Part shown: positions 38,501 through 51,500 of the stretch, piece after piece
How positions within the stretch are numbered: position 1 is the stretch's first letter
Layout of the letters: each line of letters starts with the position of its first letter
From: Phoronis australis
Lineage: Eukaryota > Animalia > Phoronida
DNA length: 64,000 nt
Direction of reading: 5' to 3'
Assembly (NCBI GenBank): GCA_002633005.1
Contig: NMRA01000073.1
Location: 62,001 to 126,000 of the forward strand
Program-made: the position numbers and the translations under genes
The notes under the pieces: generated by a model
Told to the model about the DNA's origin: nothing
The model's database searches: none
The model's input: the letters and a program-made list of their open reading frames with translations, nothing else

Positions 38501-41500
38501 TAAAGATGAATTCTCACTCACACACACACACACACACACGCACACGTACACACACACANCACACACACACACAAACACAAACACCCGCTTCCCTCAACCT
38601 ACCTACCCACTTTAGGAAGAAGTTTTGGTTAACCAGTTTCTCTTTCTCCAGGATACCTGGTATTCGTCTAAATTACCGTTACTTGATAAAATTCTTCTTT
38701 GATTATAAAATTATGTATAAGAACATGACAAAAACTGGGGATTATTTTTTACACTTAGATACGTAAATAAGATATTTTAATTGCAAAAGAATACAATTTA
38801 AAACTTTTTGTTATTGATGGGGAAGCCAAAAATCATCGTTTTTTGTCAATAATCAAATTGATACTTTTTATTGATAACAACCAACTCCGTAACTCTTCTA
38901 TCAATAGTTCTGTTTTGTGGCATTCAAAAAGGATGTGATCTACTGTTTTAGTTTGTGACTGGCTATTTTAAGTTATATACTGCATCTACAACTACACAAT
39001 ATTTTTGAAAAATTGTTGATGTTCACAGCAACGCTAGAACCTTAAAGCAATTTTGGCAATAACATTAGTCAGAAATTGGTTATTGTAATCAATAGATTTC
39101 TTTGTACCTCCATCCCTGGTCATCACTAACAGAAATAAAAAAGACTCTACTCTGCTGTTGTTTTCTCAGGTGGTTGGTGGGTTGCGTCAGAGTTCAAGGA
39201 TATTACGGGTAATATTTGTGTGGAGATAGGGGATGGTACCTATATGTCATCAATGGACAATGGCCTGTTTACAGTTGGACCACCACATGATGAAGGTAAG
39301 CATATCAGGCTCTTACTAAGTTCACATCAGTGGCGAAAACACTTAACAGTTTTTTAGTGAAGAAAAAATGCTACTGTTTTAGCCAGACAGATGGGCTGTC
39401 CACAAAGGGGTCATTTTCGCCAACATTTAGCTTCATTATTTCCTCATGGTCCAAATCGTTTTTAAAGTAAAAGTTAATTTTAAGCATGTTCACTCCCTTT
39501 ATTAAATTGATTAATGCAGTGATTAATTAACAAGTCTCATTCCCATTCCATTTGCATGGTTTGTGCCTTGAAGTAAGTGGTGTGGCTACAAAAGTGCCAG
39601 TGAACTACACTCAAACCACCAGCAAAATTGACCCTTGCAATGGTTCACATTACTGGCATTTTCAGTATTGAGATGCTAGTGTTTTAGCCAGTTTATGAAC
39701 TGTCAATATGAGGATCAAATGAGGACTCTCGTTTTTCTATAGTTTTCTCTTAATTTTCAGTCTCCTCTTAATTTTTAGTCTGCAATAATAGATTTTCTTA
39801 CTATAGAGGTTGTCGGACATTTTCAACCAACTCCCCTTTATGAGGTACAATCCGTCTGTAGCTGCTTTTTGCCCTTATTTGGCAAGTCTATGTTGAATTC
39901 TTAACCAAAGCGCTTCGGGGTTTAAAAACATGTCCGTGCTCATTCCATTTTGAGTTGTTGCCTCATAATGTGCCGCAGCTCAAGGCACTGCATACATACT
40001 CTAGTACATCATTTTTGTTCTGAATGTGCAACTTTAAGATTCTTGTTGCTTATGTAGTTGGAAACCTATCATAGTAAAGACTATTAATTTTTAAAACCAC
40101 TTTTGTGAGAGAAAAAAGCCTAATTGAAGCAGGACGAAATGTAGCTTTAAGTAACACATATCCAACTTATGTGTGAGTGTGAAATGGACATCAGTGTGTA
40201 AAGTTACATATATCCTAACTTGTGTGTGAGTGTGAAATGGACATCAGTGTGTAAAGTTACATATATCCTAACTTATGTATGCGTGAGCTTGAACTGGACA
40301 TCAGTGTGTAATTCACATGAAATGTACCTTGGATTAATGCATGTTGTCAAGAACTCTTTTGCAAAGCCTTTGCCATGGACCAAGCGTTACATATAAGAGG
40401 GTCTGGCTTATCCCATCTAGGTAGGCTTGTACCCAGGTGAATGTGGCATTAAACAGTCTGTATCTCATATTCTATAAAAATTTTTTGTTCTCTCAGGTGA
40501 TGGTCCTGCTCCTGAAGAAATTTTCGTAGCTGTGAAAATCACGGAAACCAAAGTTGCGCTGAAGTCCGGTTATGACAAGTACTTGGCAACCAATGAAAAA
40601 GGCCGGGTTGTTGGAAGATCTGATGCCATAGGATCTCGGGAACAGTGGGAACCAATATTTCAGGATGTGAGTCAGATGTTCATGGAGTGTGGGATGACAT
40701 ATAGGAAAACTGTCACAATGTACACATCCACAAGGGTTTCTTTGATTCCGTGCACGTCTCACGTTTACGCAGTTTTCTGTTGTGAAAGTGGAAACAGCAT
40801 CAATCTGAGATGATTTTTGTTGGTTAATATTCCTAATTGACGTCGCCTCACTGTGGTTTCTATCTATTGTTAAGTTACCACTTATCAATATTTGCATTTT
40901 TCTGTTTTTATTACAAAAAACTTCTCAATTAGTTTTTGAACCATCAAAATGGTCCCAGAAAAAAATACCGGCAATTAAATTTGAATCCTAATCATACCGT
41001 GCATTATAACTGCATATCCCACAAACAGCAACATGAATCTGCCATCTTTGTTATTGATATGACCTGAGCTGCGTCATGACCTGAGCTACGTCATAAGAGA
41101 GTATATGTAAGTAACTTGTGTGGTGGCGACACATTTTGAGTTTCAATATTTTGCCTAATGTGGTCAAAATATTTTCTTAGTAATTAATGTTTTGCATTGA
41201 AATGTTTTTGATTTGTTTCATGGAGCAGAAATATAAAACTGGACACAACACTGTCAATTTCTTAATATTTCTAAGTTGAGAAACTGTGCAGGTCAATCAT
41301 GTGATTAGTTTGACCTATGAACTGTTCTTTTTTCAGGGTAAGCTAGCACTTATGGGCAGTAACTCTTGCTTTTTAACATGTAACGAGGAAGGTGATGTCT
41401 GCTGTTTGAACAAGACAGCTGGTACAGGTGAAATGATAAAGGTATTGTTCGATTTGTGTAAACTAAACTTCCTCATCAAATAGTCAATGCCAACTTTCTG

Positions 41501-44261
41501 TATGTCATGTTGCCCTGACCGCTGAGGGTGTCACTGGCTTAGACGGATCAATTAATTAGATCACTCGTCAAGAAGATATGTTATGGACAGTTTGCTGTAC
41601 TGGTCATGGAGAATGAGATGGCTGTCAGGGTCCTAGGGAAGTGTGGGTTTTAACACTCGAGCTGACTGTAACATCAGTTATTATGTTGTCGCAAAATCAA
41701 TCCTGATGCTCTGAGCTAGTATTATTCTGTAATTAAAACAAAGATAATTGAATATTGAAATCAAATGGATCAAGTTGCTTTTTACATTTTAAGAAATGAC
41801 AGAGAAATTTATTAAGACTTTTCAACCTGGGTCTGTAACTCCTAAAGGTTACCCTTAGCCTAAAATTACATACATTTACTCTGACTTGTACTCATTGGAG
41901 TAATACTTGGGAAATGGTGACCACCAAACTTTACCAAGTCCCTCCAAGACATACTCAGAATGGAGAAATATTCTTGAGTTGCTATGGAAGTCTTTGGCTG
42001 TGTGAGTAAATCAAGAAAAATAAAATTTAAGCCCATTATGAAACTTAACGCCCTCTACAAATCTGAAGTTTTTCAGTAAAGGAGGTGTGAAAATGGTATT
42101 AATCTTGTTTGGATTTTTCAAATGAAAATGTGCAGCATATTTACTTTGTATATCAATATTCTTTATTCATACTGTTTGGACTTTCGTAAAGTATACTCGC
42201 AGTGTATGAAAAGGTATCAAATTTTGAAGCTAGGACTTCAAATAAAATTGACATATATTGAGTACTTTTTCAAGATGGTGAGATAGCTCTCTTGGAATTT
42301 TTGAGTAATTGTCCCAAATTCGCTATTAAAATGAGTTTTCAAGTACTTTTGGCTGTCCAAATTGGTGGTTTCCTAAATATGACAATTTACTTGGTCGGGG
42401 CATTTGTAGTAGTTTTGAGTAATAAAAGGGCTTAGTAAAGTTTGGTGGATGTGGACCCTGATTTATCACACAAAAAAGAGCTGATATAGACCATATTTGT
42501 TTTGCAAAAGGTGTTCATGTACTTTCAGCTTCCGATTAACTCTTGTGTGTTCCTATTGTGATGCACATTTTCCAATAAGCAACATCTGTGGTCAAATTAG
42601 AAACACAATTCACTTGTAAATTTCAGAATGTCCCACGAACATCACAATTCTAATGACTAATAAGTTCACATACTGTTTTAGATCCGTTCAAACGTCAGTA
42701 AAGAGATCGACCCTCTTGCTGGAATACCTGAGGAGGAGAGAGGCAAGTTAAAAGATGCAGAAGTTAATTACGTTAAGAAGTTCCAGAGTTTCCAAGACCG
42801 CCACTTGCGAGTCAGCAAAGAAGACAAATCGGCATTGAAGAAAGCAAGGCTAGAGGGGAGTTTACACGAGACATTGCTAGACAGGTTTGTTTGCATGAAC
42901 TTTTGCTAGACAGGTTTATTCATATTTTTCCTAATTTCTGCAGCAAAATGTGTTGATCACCAGTTCTAAAATAATGTGGTGTTATGGCATTTGTGACAAA
43001 GTGTCATTGTTGTGGCAATCTGTTTAATGTTTTAAACTAGACGGATATGCTGTTTAGCATTTTGCCCAAAGTGTACATGCCAGGCCAAATTTTCATGTTT
43101 CCAAAGATATATGCCGATAACTTCTCCATATGAAAAACATATATAATATAANTATTAATCTTCTTTGGATTTTTCAAATGAAAATGTGCAGCATATTTAC
43201 TTTGTATATCAGTGTTCTTTATTTTTGGACTTTCGTAAAGTATACTCGCAGTGTATGAAAAGGTATCAAATTTTGAAGCTAGGACTTCAAATAAAATTGA
43301 CATATATTGAGTACTTTTTCAAGATGGTGAGATAGCTCTCTTGGAATTTTTAAGTAATTGTCCTAAATTCGGTAATAAAAAATGAGTTTTCAAGTACTTT
43401 TGGCTGTCCAAATTGGTGGTTTCCTAAATATGACAATTTACTTGGTTGGAGCATTTGTAGTAGTTTTGAGTAATAAAAGGGCTAAGTAAAGTTTGGTGGA
43501 TGTGGACCCTGATTTATCACACAAAAAAGCTGATATAGACCATATTTGTTTTGCAAAAGGTGTTCATGTACTTTCAGCTTCTGATTAACTCTTGTGTGTT
43601 CCTATTGTGATGCACATTTTCCAATAAGCAACATCTGTGGTCAAATTAGAAACAAAATTCACTTGTAAATTTCAGAATGTCCCACGAACATCACAATTCT
43701 AATGACTAATAAGTTCACATACTGTTTTAGATCCGTTCAAACGTCAGTAAAGAGATCGACCCTCTTGCTGGAATACCTGAGGAGGAGAGAGGCAAGTTAA
43801 AAGATGCAGAAGTTAATTACGTTAAGAAGTTCCAGAGTTTCCAAGACCGCCACTTGCGAGTCAGCAAAGAAGACAAATCGGCATTGAAGAAAGCAAGGCT
43901 AGAGGGGAGTTTACACGAGACATTGCTAGACAGGTTTGTTTGCATGAACTTTTGCTAGACAGGTTTATTCATATTTTTCCTAATTTCTGCAGCAAAATGT
44001 GTTGATCACCAGTTCTAAAATAATGTGGTGTTATAGCATTTGTGACAAAGTGTCATTGTTGTGGCAATCTGTTTAATGTTTTAAACTAGACGGATATGCT
44101 GTTTAGCATTTTGCCCAAAGTGTACATGCCAGGCCAAATTTTCATGTTTCCAAAGATATATGCCGATAACTTCTCCATATGAAAAACATATATAATATAA
44201 TTTATGCAGAATGTTTCTTTTCAGACGAGAAAAGATGAAGGCTGATCGATATTGTAAATGA
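32577..44261 (+). CDS. FRG1: FSHD region gene 1 protein (FRG1), ~265 aa, 7 coding exons
   Basis: Exons 32577-32641, 35149-35240 (copy 37846-37937), 39170-39295, 40497-40666, 41337-41441, 42682-42884 (copy 43731-43933), 44225-44261 = 798 nt. [17 protein letters not shown], Lys-rich [86 protein letters not shown]. Confidence 0.96.
33461..38479. repeat. ~2.3-kb near-identical direct duplication (33461-35789 and 36149-38479) containing FRG1 exon 2
   Basis: Copies align throughout with scattered SNPs and small indels; single N at 36146 and 38559. Confidence 0.93.
35363..35680. mobile_element. Foldback MITE, ~110-bp arms (second copy 38058-38370)
   Basis: aaatagtacataacttcattttcctgaca... versus ...tgtcaggaaaacgaaagttgtgtactattt. 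Confidence 0.75.
38517..38584. repeat. (CA)n microsatellite containing an N
   Basis: Direct reading. Confidence 0.95.
40155..40310. repeat. ~53-bp tandem repeat x3
   Basis: acatatatcctaactt.tgtgtgagtgtgaaatggacatcagtgtgtaaagtt. Confidence 0.85.
42097..44200. repeat. ~1.05-kb near-identical direct duplication (42097-43151 and 43153-44200) containing FRG1 exon 6
   Basis: Copies abut at the single N at 43152; exon copies appear identical. Confidence 0.93.
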
Positions 44262-44617
44262 AGAGTGCATTGTGGGTTTTAACATCATCTATGTACAGAA
44301 ATTTCCATGTAGTTGTGATATGGCGCTTGCACTGTTACCACCTTCTTGTGTGAGTCCAATTGGACATGTTGATGAAACCTATGTTGTTTATGCCACGTAC
44401 GGGGAGACCGTGTCAAAATAGACAACTTCAAACTAGAAGCAATATACATGTGGTTCACTGTAAAATTATGAAACATCTTGAAAGTATTGTAGACTTAAAA
44501 CAGGTTTTAATGATTATAATGTATGGCATTTGAATTTGTTCATTTATGTTGTAGGATGCTTTCTTCTTCAAATAAAACCAGGTTGTGTAAATAATAAGTT
44601 TGCTGTGTTCAGCTGTA

Positions 44618-44623
44618 AATAAA
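44618..44623 (+). terminator. Candidate FRG1 polyadenylation signal AATAAA
   Basis: ~360 nt after stop, followed by T/GT-rich sequence; another AATAAA near 44571. Confidence 0.4.
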
Positions 44624-45104
44624 TGACGAATCTTTTGAGTCTTGTGTGACATCTAAGACCTCTTGCATGCAGGACACACCAGACTTGTCATTTGTTTTGG
44701 TTGGAACTAGCACATTACTCATGTTCACTTTGTAAGTCACGCCACTGAATCATCACCTCAAGCTCTCTTTGTTCTGTAGCGTTGTTATATCATTGCAGTA
44801 TGTAAGCATTTTCCGGGTGGTATATCGTTGGGTCAAAAGCAATTTATAATATTTTGGAATAACAGCTCTACTGATGCATGCACCTGGTGATTTAGTATGT
44901 CAAGCAATAGTAACCATGGAGTTCCTGACACAGCAGGAATGTGTGTACATTACTCTGAATACTTCATCTGCTTTAATGTCAAAAATAAATTGTGATATTT
45001 ACTATTGTAATTTATTTCTTAACCTGAAATAAATATTTATATAGTACATACATTTTAACTGACAAACAAGTTTGACGTGGTCACCCAGAGTATGAAATTC
45101 CTGA

Positions 45105-45913
45105 GGGCTGTTCCAGTAAAATCCGTGTGGGAGGGGAGGGAAGGCAGCAGAAATAAAAATTCATGGGTGGTGGTCTTCAGAAAAACACTCGAATTATGGG
45201 GTGGTCATTCCTGTAAGTAATGATGCATTAAAAATGGGTGGTATTTTTTGACCTGTTAGACAGATTGATTACTTCAGCTGTCAACACTCAAAAAATGCAA
45301 TTGGCATATATCCTAACTTATCCCAATACAAAAAGCCCATATTGCCAGTGAACAGAGTGCAATATGTTCACTAAGCCATTAATCAAGTCATGGACAACTT
45401 GATTTGAGCCAACTGTTTGTCTGCAGTCCTATTGAATTGAAAAGTTATGCAACACTAAACTGGTGTTAACACATTTAAGAAAATTGATAATTTTTAAATA
45501 AAAAGTTTGAGGAGTAAGATAAACAAGTTCCAATATTCACTTGACATAGAAGTATAAAAGAGTTCATGGAGACAGTTTGAGATTCATAGATCCTCATAAA
45601 TGAAAAAATGTTCATTGAAATTATACACATGGTGAACAGAGACACCTGGTGGCTGCCAAAAGTATTGCTAACAGGCTATTTTAGTTTTTGACATTGGACA
45701 AGACAACTGGTTCTTGTCTGTCAATCATCTAAGTTCTTAACAGGTCCTCCTGGAGGCAATTTGTTTGCAAGTGTTGGATTTTATATTTTAATCTATTTAA
45801 AATAATTAAAAAATTATGGGTCATGGGTTGGAGAAATAAATGAAAAATATGGGCGGTGGGTACGAAATAAAAATGCCTCCCCCCCTCCCATACAGATTTT
45901 GCTGGAACAGCCC
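45105..45913. mobile_element. PIF/Harbinger-like non-autonomous element, ~810 bp
   Basis: TIR GGGCTGTTCCAG.AAAATC.GT.TGGGAGGGG at both ends; 3-bp TGA target duplication (45102-45104, 45914-45916). Confidence 0.88.
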
Positions 45914-46480
45914 TGAGCAAACTCTTAGTTTAGCGGATGAAATGTGATTTCACTCCCATACACAAAAACTGATGGCGTTAACAGGAAAGTTGACTAACGA
46001 ATAGTGGCGTTTCTCTTTGTCACTCTTTTGCTGCACAATTCTACTCAAACTGATATCAGTATGTCCAGTTTGTAGTTCCTGATACTGCATTATGGCCAGT
46101 TTCTTGTTTTGAGTGGGTTGGAAATATGCTCGATTTGTGTTTTATGGATTTCACCGCCATCAATCGGGTTAGTTTATTCAGTTAGACCCATGTTATAAGA
46201 TCAGAAATACAATTTTCTAAAAAAATTGGTCACTCCATCTTTTTTAACACACTGAAGTTATTAAAATTTCTAATTTTTGACAAAAAACAAAGCGCCACTG
46301 CACAACTACCTAAAAATTAATGCCAATACTGCCTATATTTTTGACTCAAGAAAATTTGATGTAGTGAAGCGTGTAAGGAATATGATGAACAGTTTTTTAA
46401 AAGTGAACGGACAAAATAAAAATGCTTTTTGACAGGTTTATTAGCCCTTCAACAAGAACATCTGACTGTATTGATAATTG

Positions 46481-46538
46481 CATACATACATACATACATA
46501 CATACATACAAACATACATACATGCATACATACATACA
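46481..46538. repeat. (CATA)n microsatellite
   Basis: Direct reading. Confidence 0.95.
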
Positions 46539-48512
46539 GTATTTTACAGTTGTCATCAGAGTAAAAATCAATCTCTGTGTTAAAAGAATAACGCCATAAT
46601 AATATCATTTACAAAGCAGCAATGAAAGCAACTAAGCTTGTGGTAATTAATCATTGGTTGACGAGACGATCGTCAAATGCATCACAACACAATCCACCAT
46701 CACCGGTCCTGTTTTTGGCATCCACAGGCCATCAGGGCTGGGTTGCACTTAACTTTGAAACTTAGCTCCAGGATAAGTTTGACTTTAAATGCATTCTTTA
46801 ACAATGGCAGTGTTGACATCCAGCATACTACTTTGATGCAACCGAGACCATGGGAAATTTACAAGAACTACATTTTGGGTACCCATAGTGGCTTAGAATT
46901 TTGAAGAATGTTAAACCATGGATCTGTTCACACACACAAGCCACCCTCCCACTCACCCCTACATATCTCACAAAGGTATATGTGATGGGATATCTTCTTC
47001 AGGGACTGGATCATTTAATCCTGTGGACTGGCTTATCAAAAGCCAGGGAAAACATTAATGCACCGTTTGAGGTAAACCCTATTATTCCTCCATCGAGGAA
47101 AGAATTCACACAGATCAGATTTCACAAATATTAACTAATAAGATAGATTCACAAATCATTTGCATAACTTTTCACAGATAATGTAAAAAAGTGCTTCCAT
47201 ATAATTACAAGCAGACCTGTGACTAAATGCCATTTGCAAATTTCACAAGCAAACCTTAAAGACACTCATATACAACTTACCACATCCCTTGTCATGGCAC
47301 AAACCATCTGGGAGTGTTAAGTCAGGTTCATATAGCAATTTTCAAAATAAATTGGACAGCATTGAAATTTGACAAAGTCTCGACGCACAAAACTTTGACT
47401 AATAATTCAGTTCTTTTCAACTAGACCAATTTCAATTGAGAAAATCTGGGCAGGTGTGGCTCCATGCAGTTTGCCGAAATAGCGACAACTTGCCTTGCAT
47501 GTTAAATCACAAACAAGCAATCAATGGTTAGGTGCTACAAGGTAACGTTTAGAGTTCTAGAATTTTGGATAAAGTTTGAAAATTGGCACTTAATTGTGAC
47601 AAATGTTTGACTAAGTTGTCAAAAAGGCTTGGCAGTCCTAGGGCCAATTACTCCCAGGCACAGTCTAACTGAATTCTGAGGAAGACTGTTCAGTTTATTT
47701 TGAAGACTTGTATGTTGCAGCAGAGTGAATTCATGCAAAGTTAGAAGACACAGCAAAACTGTGCATGTGTTAAGATACAAGACATTAAGCAAGTGACATC
47801 ACTAGTTTCAACTAGTCACTGAAAGATGATCGGATGGCTGTTGAATTATGTCATCAAAAGCTTTTATTCACTAACAAAGCTCAATGTTTTCATTACCATG
47901 AAAAAGATAATGCACTGCTTGTGTCTTGATAATGACTCACTTTCAAGTATAGTTAGCACGACCCAGCTCTGTTATGGCTCAAATACTGAAGGGTAAGCAC
48001 TATACTGTCCATATTTACACATTGCAATTATTGTGCACTGCATACTTTGTCGGACAATAACAGAATATGAACAAAGAAAATAAAACTTTGGACATATATT
48101 TAACGATGTACACCAACCACTTAAAGTATGGCCAAACTAAAACAAGTCAATTTCCAGATGAATATCGAGAGAACATGACCTGGTAACACAAGTTTAAGAA
48201 GGATAGCACATTATACATCTTCAATTCTTTAGTGTAGGCAAGTATGCCTTGAAATTTGCATAAAACCACAATTCCATAGGAAAATGGGGTTACAACTGCA
48301 CTACTTTATATGAGATACTAGTCGATAATGAGAGATACAAACAGAAAACACGTCAACCAGGAGAGGTATCCTTATTACCATGGTTATAAAGTCAAACAGA
48401 AGTAACAAATACATGGCTCATGTTAATAGCACATTGAGATGGTGCATACAAGAGACTGTTGGTGTACAGGTAATTCTTTAACGTTGAGCATTTGTTTAAG
48501 TATTACATGTTG

Positions 48513-51500
48513 TCATGGAGACATCATCTGAGCTCCACCTCGTGTCCATTCTACGAACTCGTCCAACAAGACAGGCCCTGAAACAGAATACACACACATA
48601 CTCAGATATAATGTGTCTTCACTCAACCTAATCTTACAACAGTAAAGACCAATTGTTTTTGGTGTCAGACGAAAGCATTAATTCCATATGCATAAATGTA
48701 TGCGATACAGAAGATTAAATTCCAAGAAGATAGTTTACTAGCAGTGAAAGTAAAGTTGTGCACAATCTGTCCAGATGTGCGCCACCTTTTCAGTTGTGCA
48801 CAATCTGTCCACTTGCGCACAACCTGTCCAGTTGTGCATAATCTGTCTAGTTTACAGAACGCTAAGACTGTTCCCAAGTTGTGACGAGGAAGTGCTAATC
48901 ATAACTGAAAACATCTCACAGAACTATGCTTATCATCTAACAAGGCTCAGTGAAGGAGTGCCACTCTGCACGGTCTGTACAACACAGTGAGAGACACTAA
49001 GACCATTTTGATGCTTGTTACACCTATTTCAACTTGTATGATGGTGCTGTAAATATTTGTGTTACAATCATTTGATTACCAGTCACCAACATGGTTGTTA
49101 AAGAAAAACATTGAATTGAAATTAATTCCACAGCAGTAAAATAAATTCTGTGATCTCACTAAAAATTTTTAAATTCGTGCAAATGAGGTCGTGTCTCCTG
49201 TGTCGCATGCAAATCTTCCTCATGTTATAAAATTTTTTTAAGAAGTCGCATAAATGGGTCATTCTCCTCTAACCACAAGCTAAACTTCGTATGATAGCAT
49301 AGGGAAAGCGTCATCTGTTGTTCGCCAAAGAATCAGAAAATCCTGTTTTGATCCAGACTTATTTTCAGAATGTTGTCTAATGAGTAATCAAACCTATCAT
49401 ACCAAACAGTGTAGTCAGTGCTCAGTCACGTCACTAAAACCGATTCAGAACAGAGCCTCAAGGTTTCCGATTAATCGATTCTACAAAAAATTCAAAATCC
49501 CACCACTAGTAAATACAAACGACTCCTAACATGGCCTTCTCCTTGTCGTAAGACAAGGTCAGCTAACATCAAATCGCTGTAGACCAAGAAAACTTACAGG
49601 CTCCATCTTCATCATAGTTACTCAGGTCAGGACTTATTGTGCGGCTGAACTCCAGTATGTTGCACCACTGATCTTTGTTGATCACCAAGTATGGCGAGTG
49701 CTGGAGCGAGAAACACATTCATCAAAATGGTGGCAAACAGAGATTAAGTTAGTAAGAACTAGAACAATTCAAGATTTTCAAAACTGTTGGTTTAGTTGTG
49801 CTAATATACATCAGTCCACTGATTCCATCTCATGTTATCTCATGGGCTTCTACTCTACTCTGCCATTGGACGACTTTCATTAGCTTAATGTTTGTAACTG
49901 ACCTAAGCTTTTCATTTCTACTGTAGTACAGGACTTTTCACATTAGTATCATTTTTAAATTTTGCCCGACTCGTTCAACACAATAAATTACTCAAAATAA
50001 GATGATTCATAAGACTTTGCTGTTCTTTTTTCAGTCTTGATTTTGCAACATGGATGTGAAAGTTAGGTAAGAGTTAAAGTGGAACTTGCAGGCTAATTCC
50101 TTATCTCTGTAATTGCTTGGTCAAATCAGTTAGACACACAACATATAGCAACGTATGAATATGAAGTACACTGAAAATTGCTAAATGTTTTTGAGAAGGA
50201 ATTTTGAGTCGAAAATGATCTGCCGTAAATCACTCAACCGTGTCCAGTAAATATCATGGCATGGTGTTGGGGAATAACGCTACATGATGCGGGCTATGTG
50301 AGCCCCCAATGTATGTCATTAGTGCAAAGGTTACCTATTTGAAAATTTTTTTCTTTTCACATTTACAAGTTGTCAATGAACTGCACTTTGTTTAGTATAG
50401 ATGATGTTCAAATAGCATTGTCGTTTAGTTCCTGCTATACATTAGCATATTTAGGAGCATGCAAATATCTATGATGTTGTATCACAACAACTATTTGTGA
50501 TCATTGTTGACATCATAGGACCACAATACAACAAAAATCAGTCACAAACAGGCAAGCAGTCACTCCAAGTCAATGGTTACCTAATAAGTTTGAATCTCCA
50601 AAAGAACATCACCACCGCGAAACAACACTACATATATCATGAAACAGAATACTATTTTTTTAGCTATTTGAGTATTGTAAAACCATGAATACTATGCCAG
50701 TAGCCACCTAATGCAAGGAGTCAATTCCAAAGACTACATCATAATTTATAACTATAGTCAATGGCAAGTAACTCAACAGTTTGACAGTAACATTTTGAGT
50801 AATAACTGTTAACTCCACTCTAACTTCTGTTTCTATACATTTAAGAGAAAGAACCAGAGTCCATGGTCTAATCTCCAAATTAAAACTCGAATCAGATTAG
50901 AAATTTAACCAAACATATCACATGATTGGAGTAAAACTTTACACATCCGTCATGCCAATGGTCAATTTTCAAGCATAAGTTTGGCACACAGAGATTATAC
51001 CCCAGGTGCTGATCACTGCTGTACATCAGTGCTGGGAGCCATGCGGCAATGCTATACCTCTAGGAACTGATGAAATGTGCTGTAGAGAGTCCAGTGTTTT
51101 CCCAGTAGCAGTTGTAACATGGCTTTTGCAGTTTCTATGTCCATACTTCTTTGATCCTTGTTCTAAATACACATAATGGATATTGAGTCTATACAGTCAA
51201 ATCTGAGCTTTGTCTTTACAATACGTAATTTCAAGTCAATCAACCGGTTGGCAAAGTCACTTAGAAGTTAGTTATAATGTGCCTACATATAAATATGTGG
51301 CACATGAAAAGGAGCATTTTCAAATAAAGTATTTATAAAGAAGAAGTCCGACTTTCAAAGATAAAAGACAATAAAACTGCTTACCCTAGCAAAGTCAAAG
51401 CTGTAACGGTACATATTTTTAAAGCACAGTGGATCATCAAACAGCAAACGCAAGTAATCTAATTTTCTTTGTAGTTTTGGCATGCAGTCACATCTGAAAT

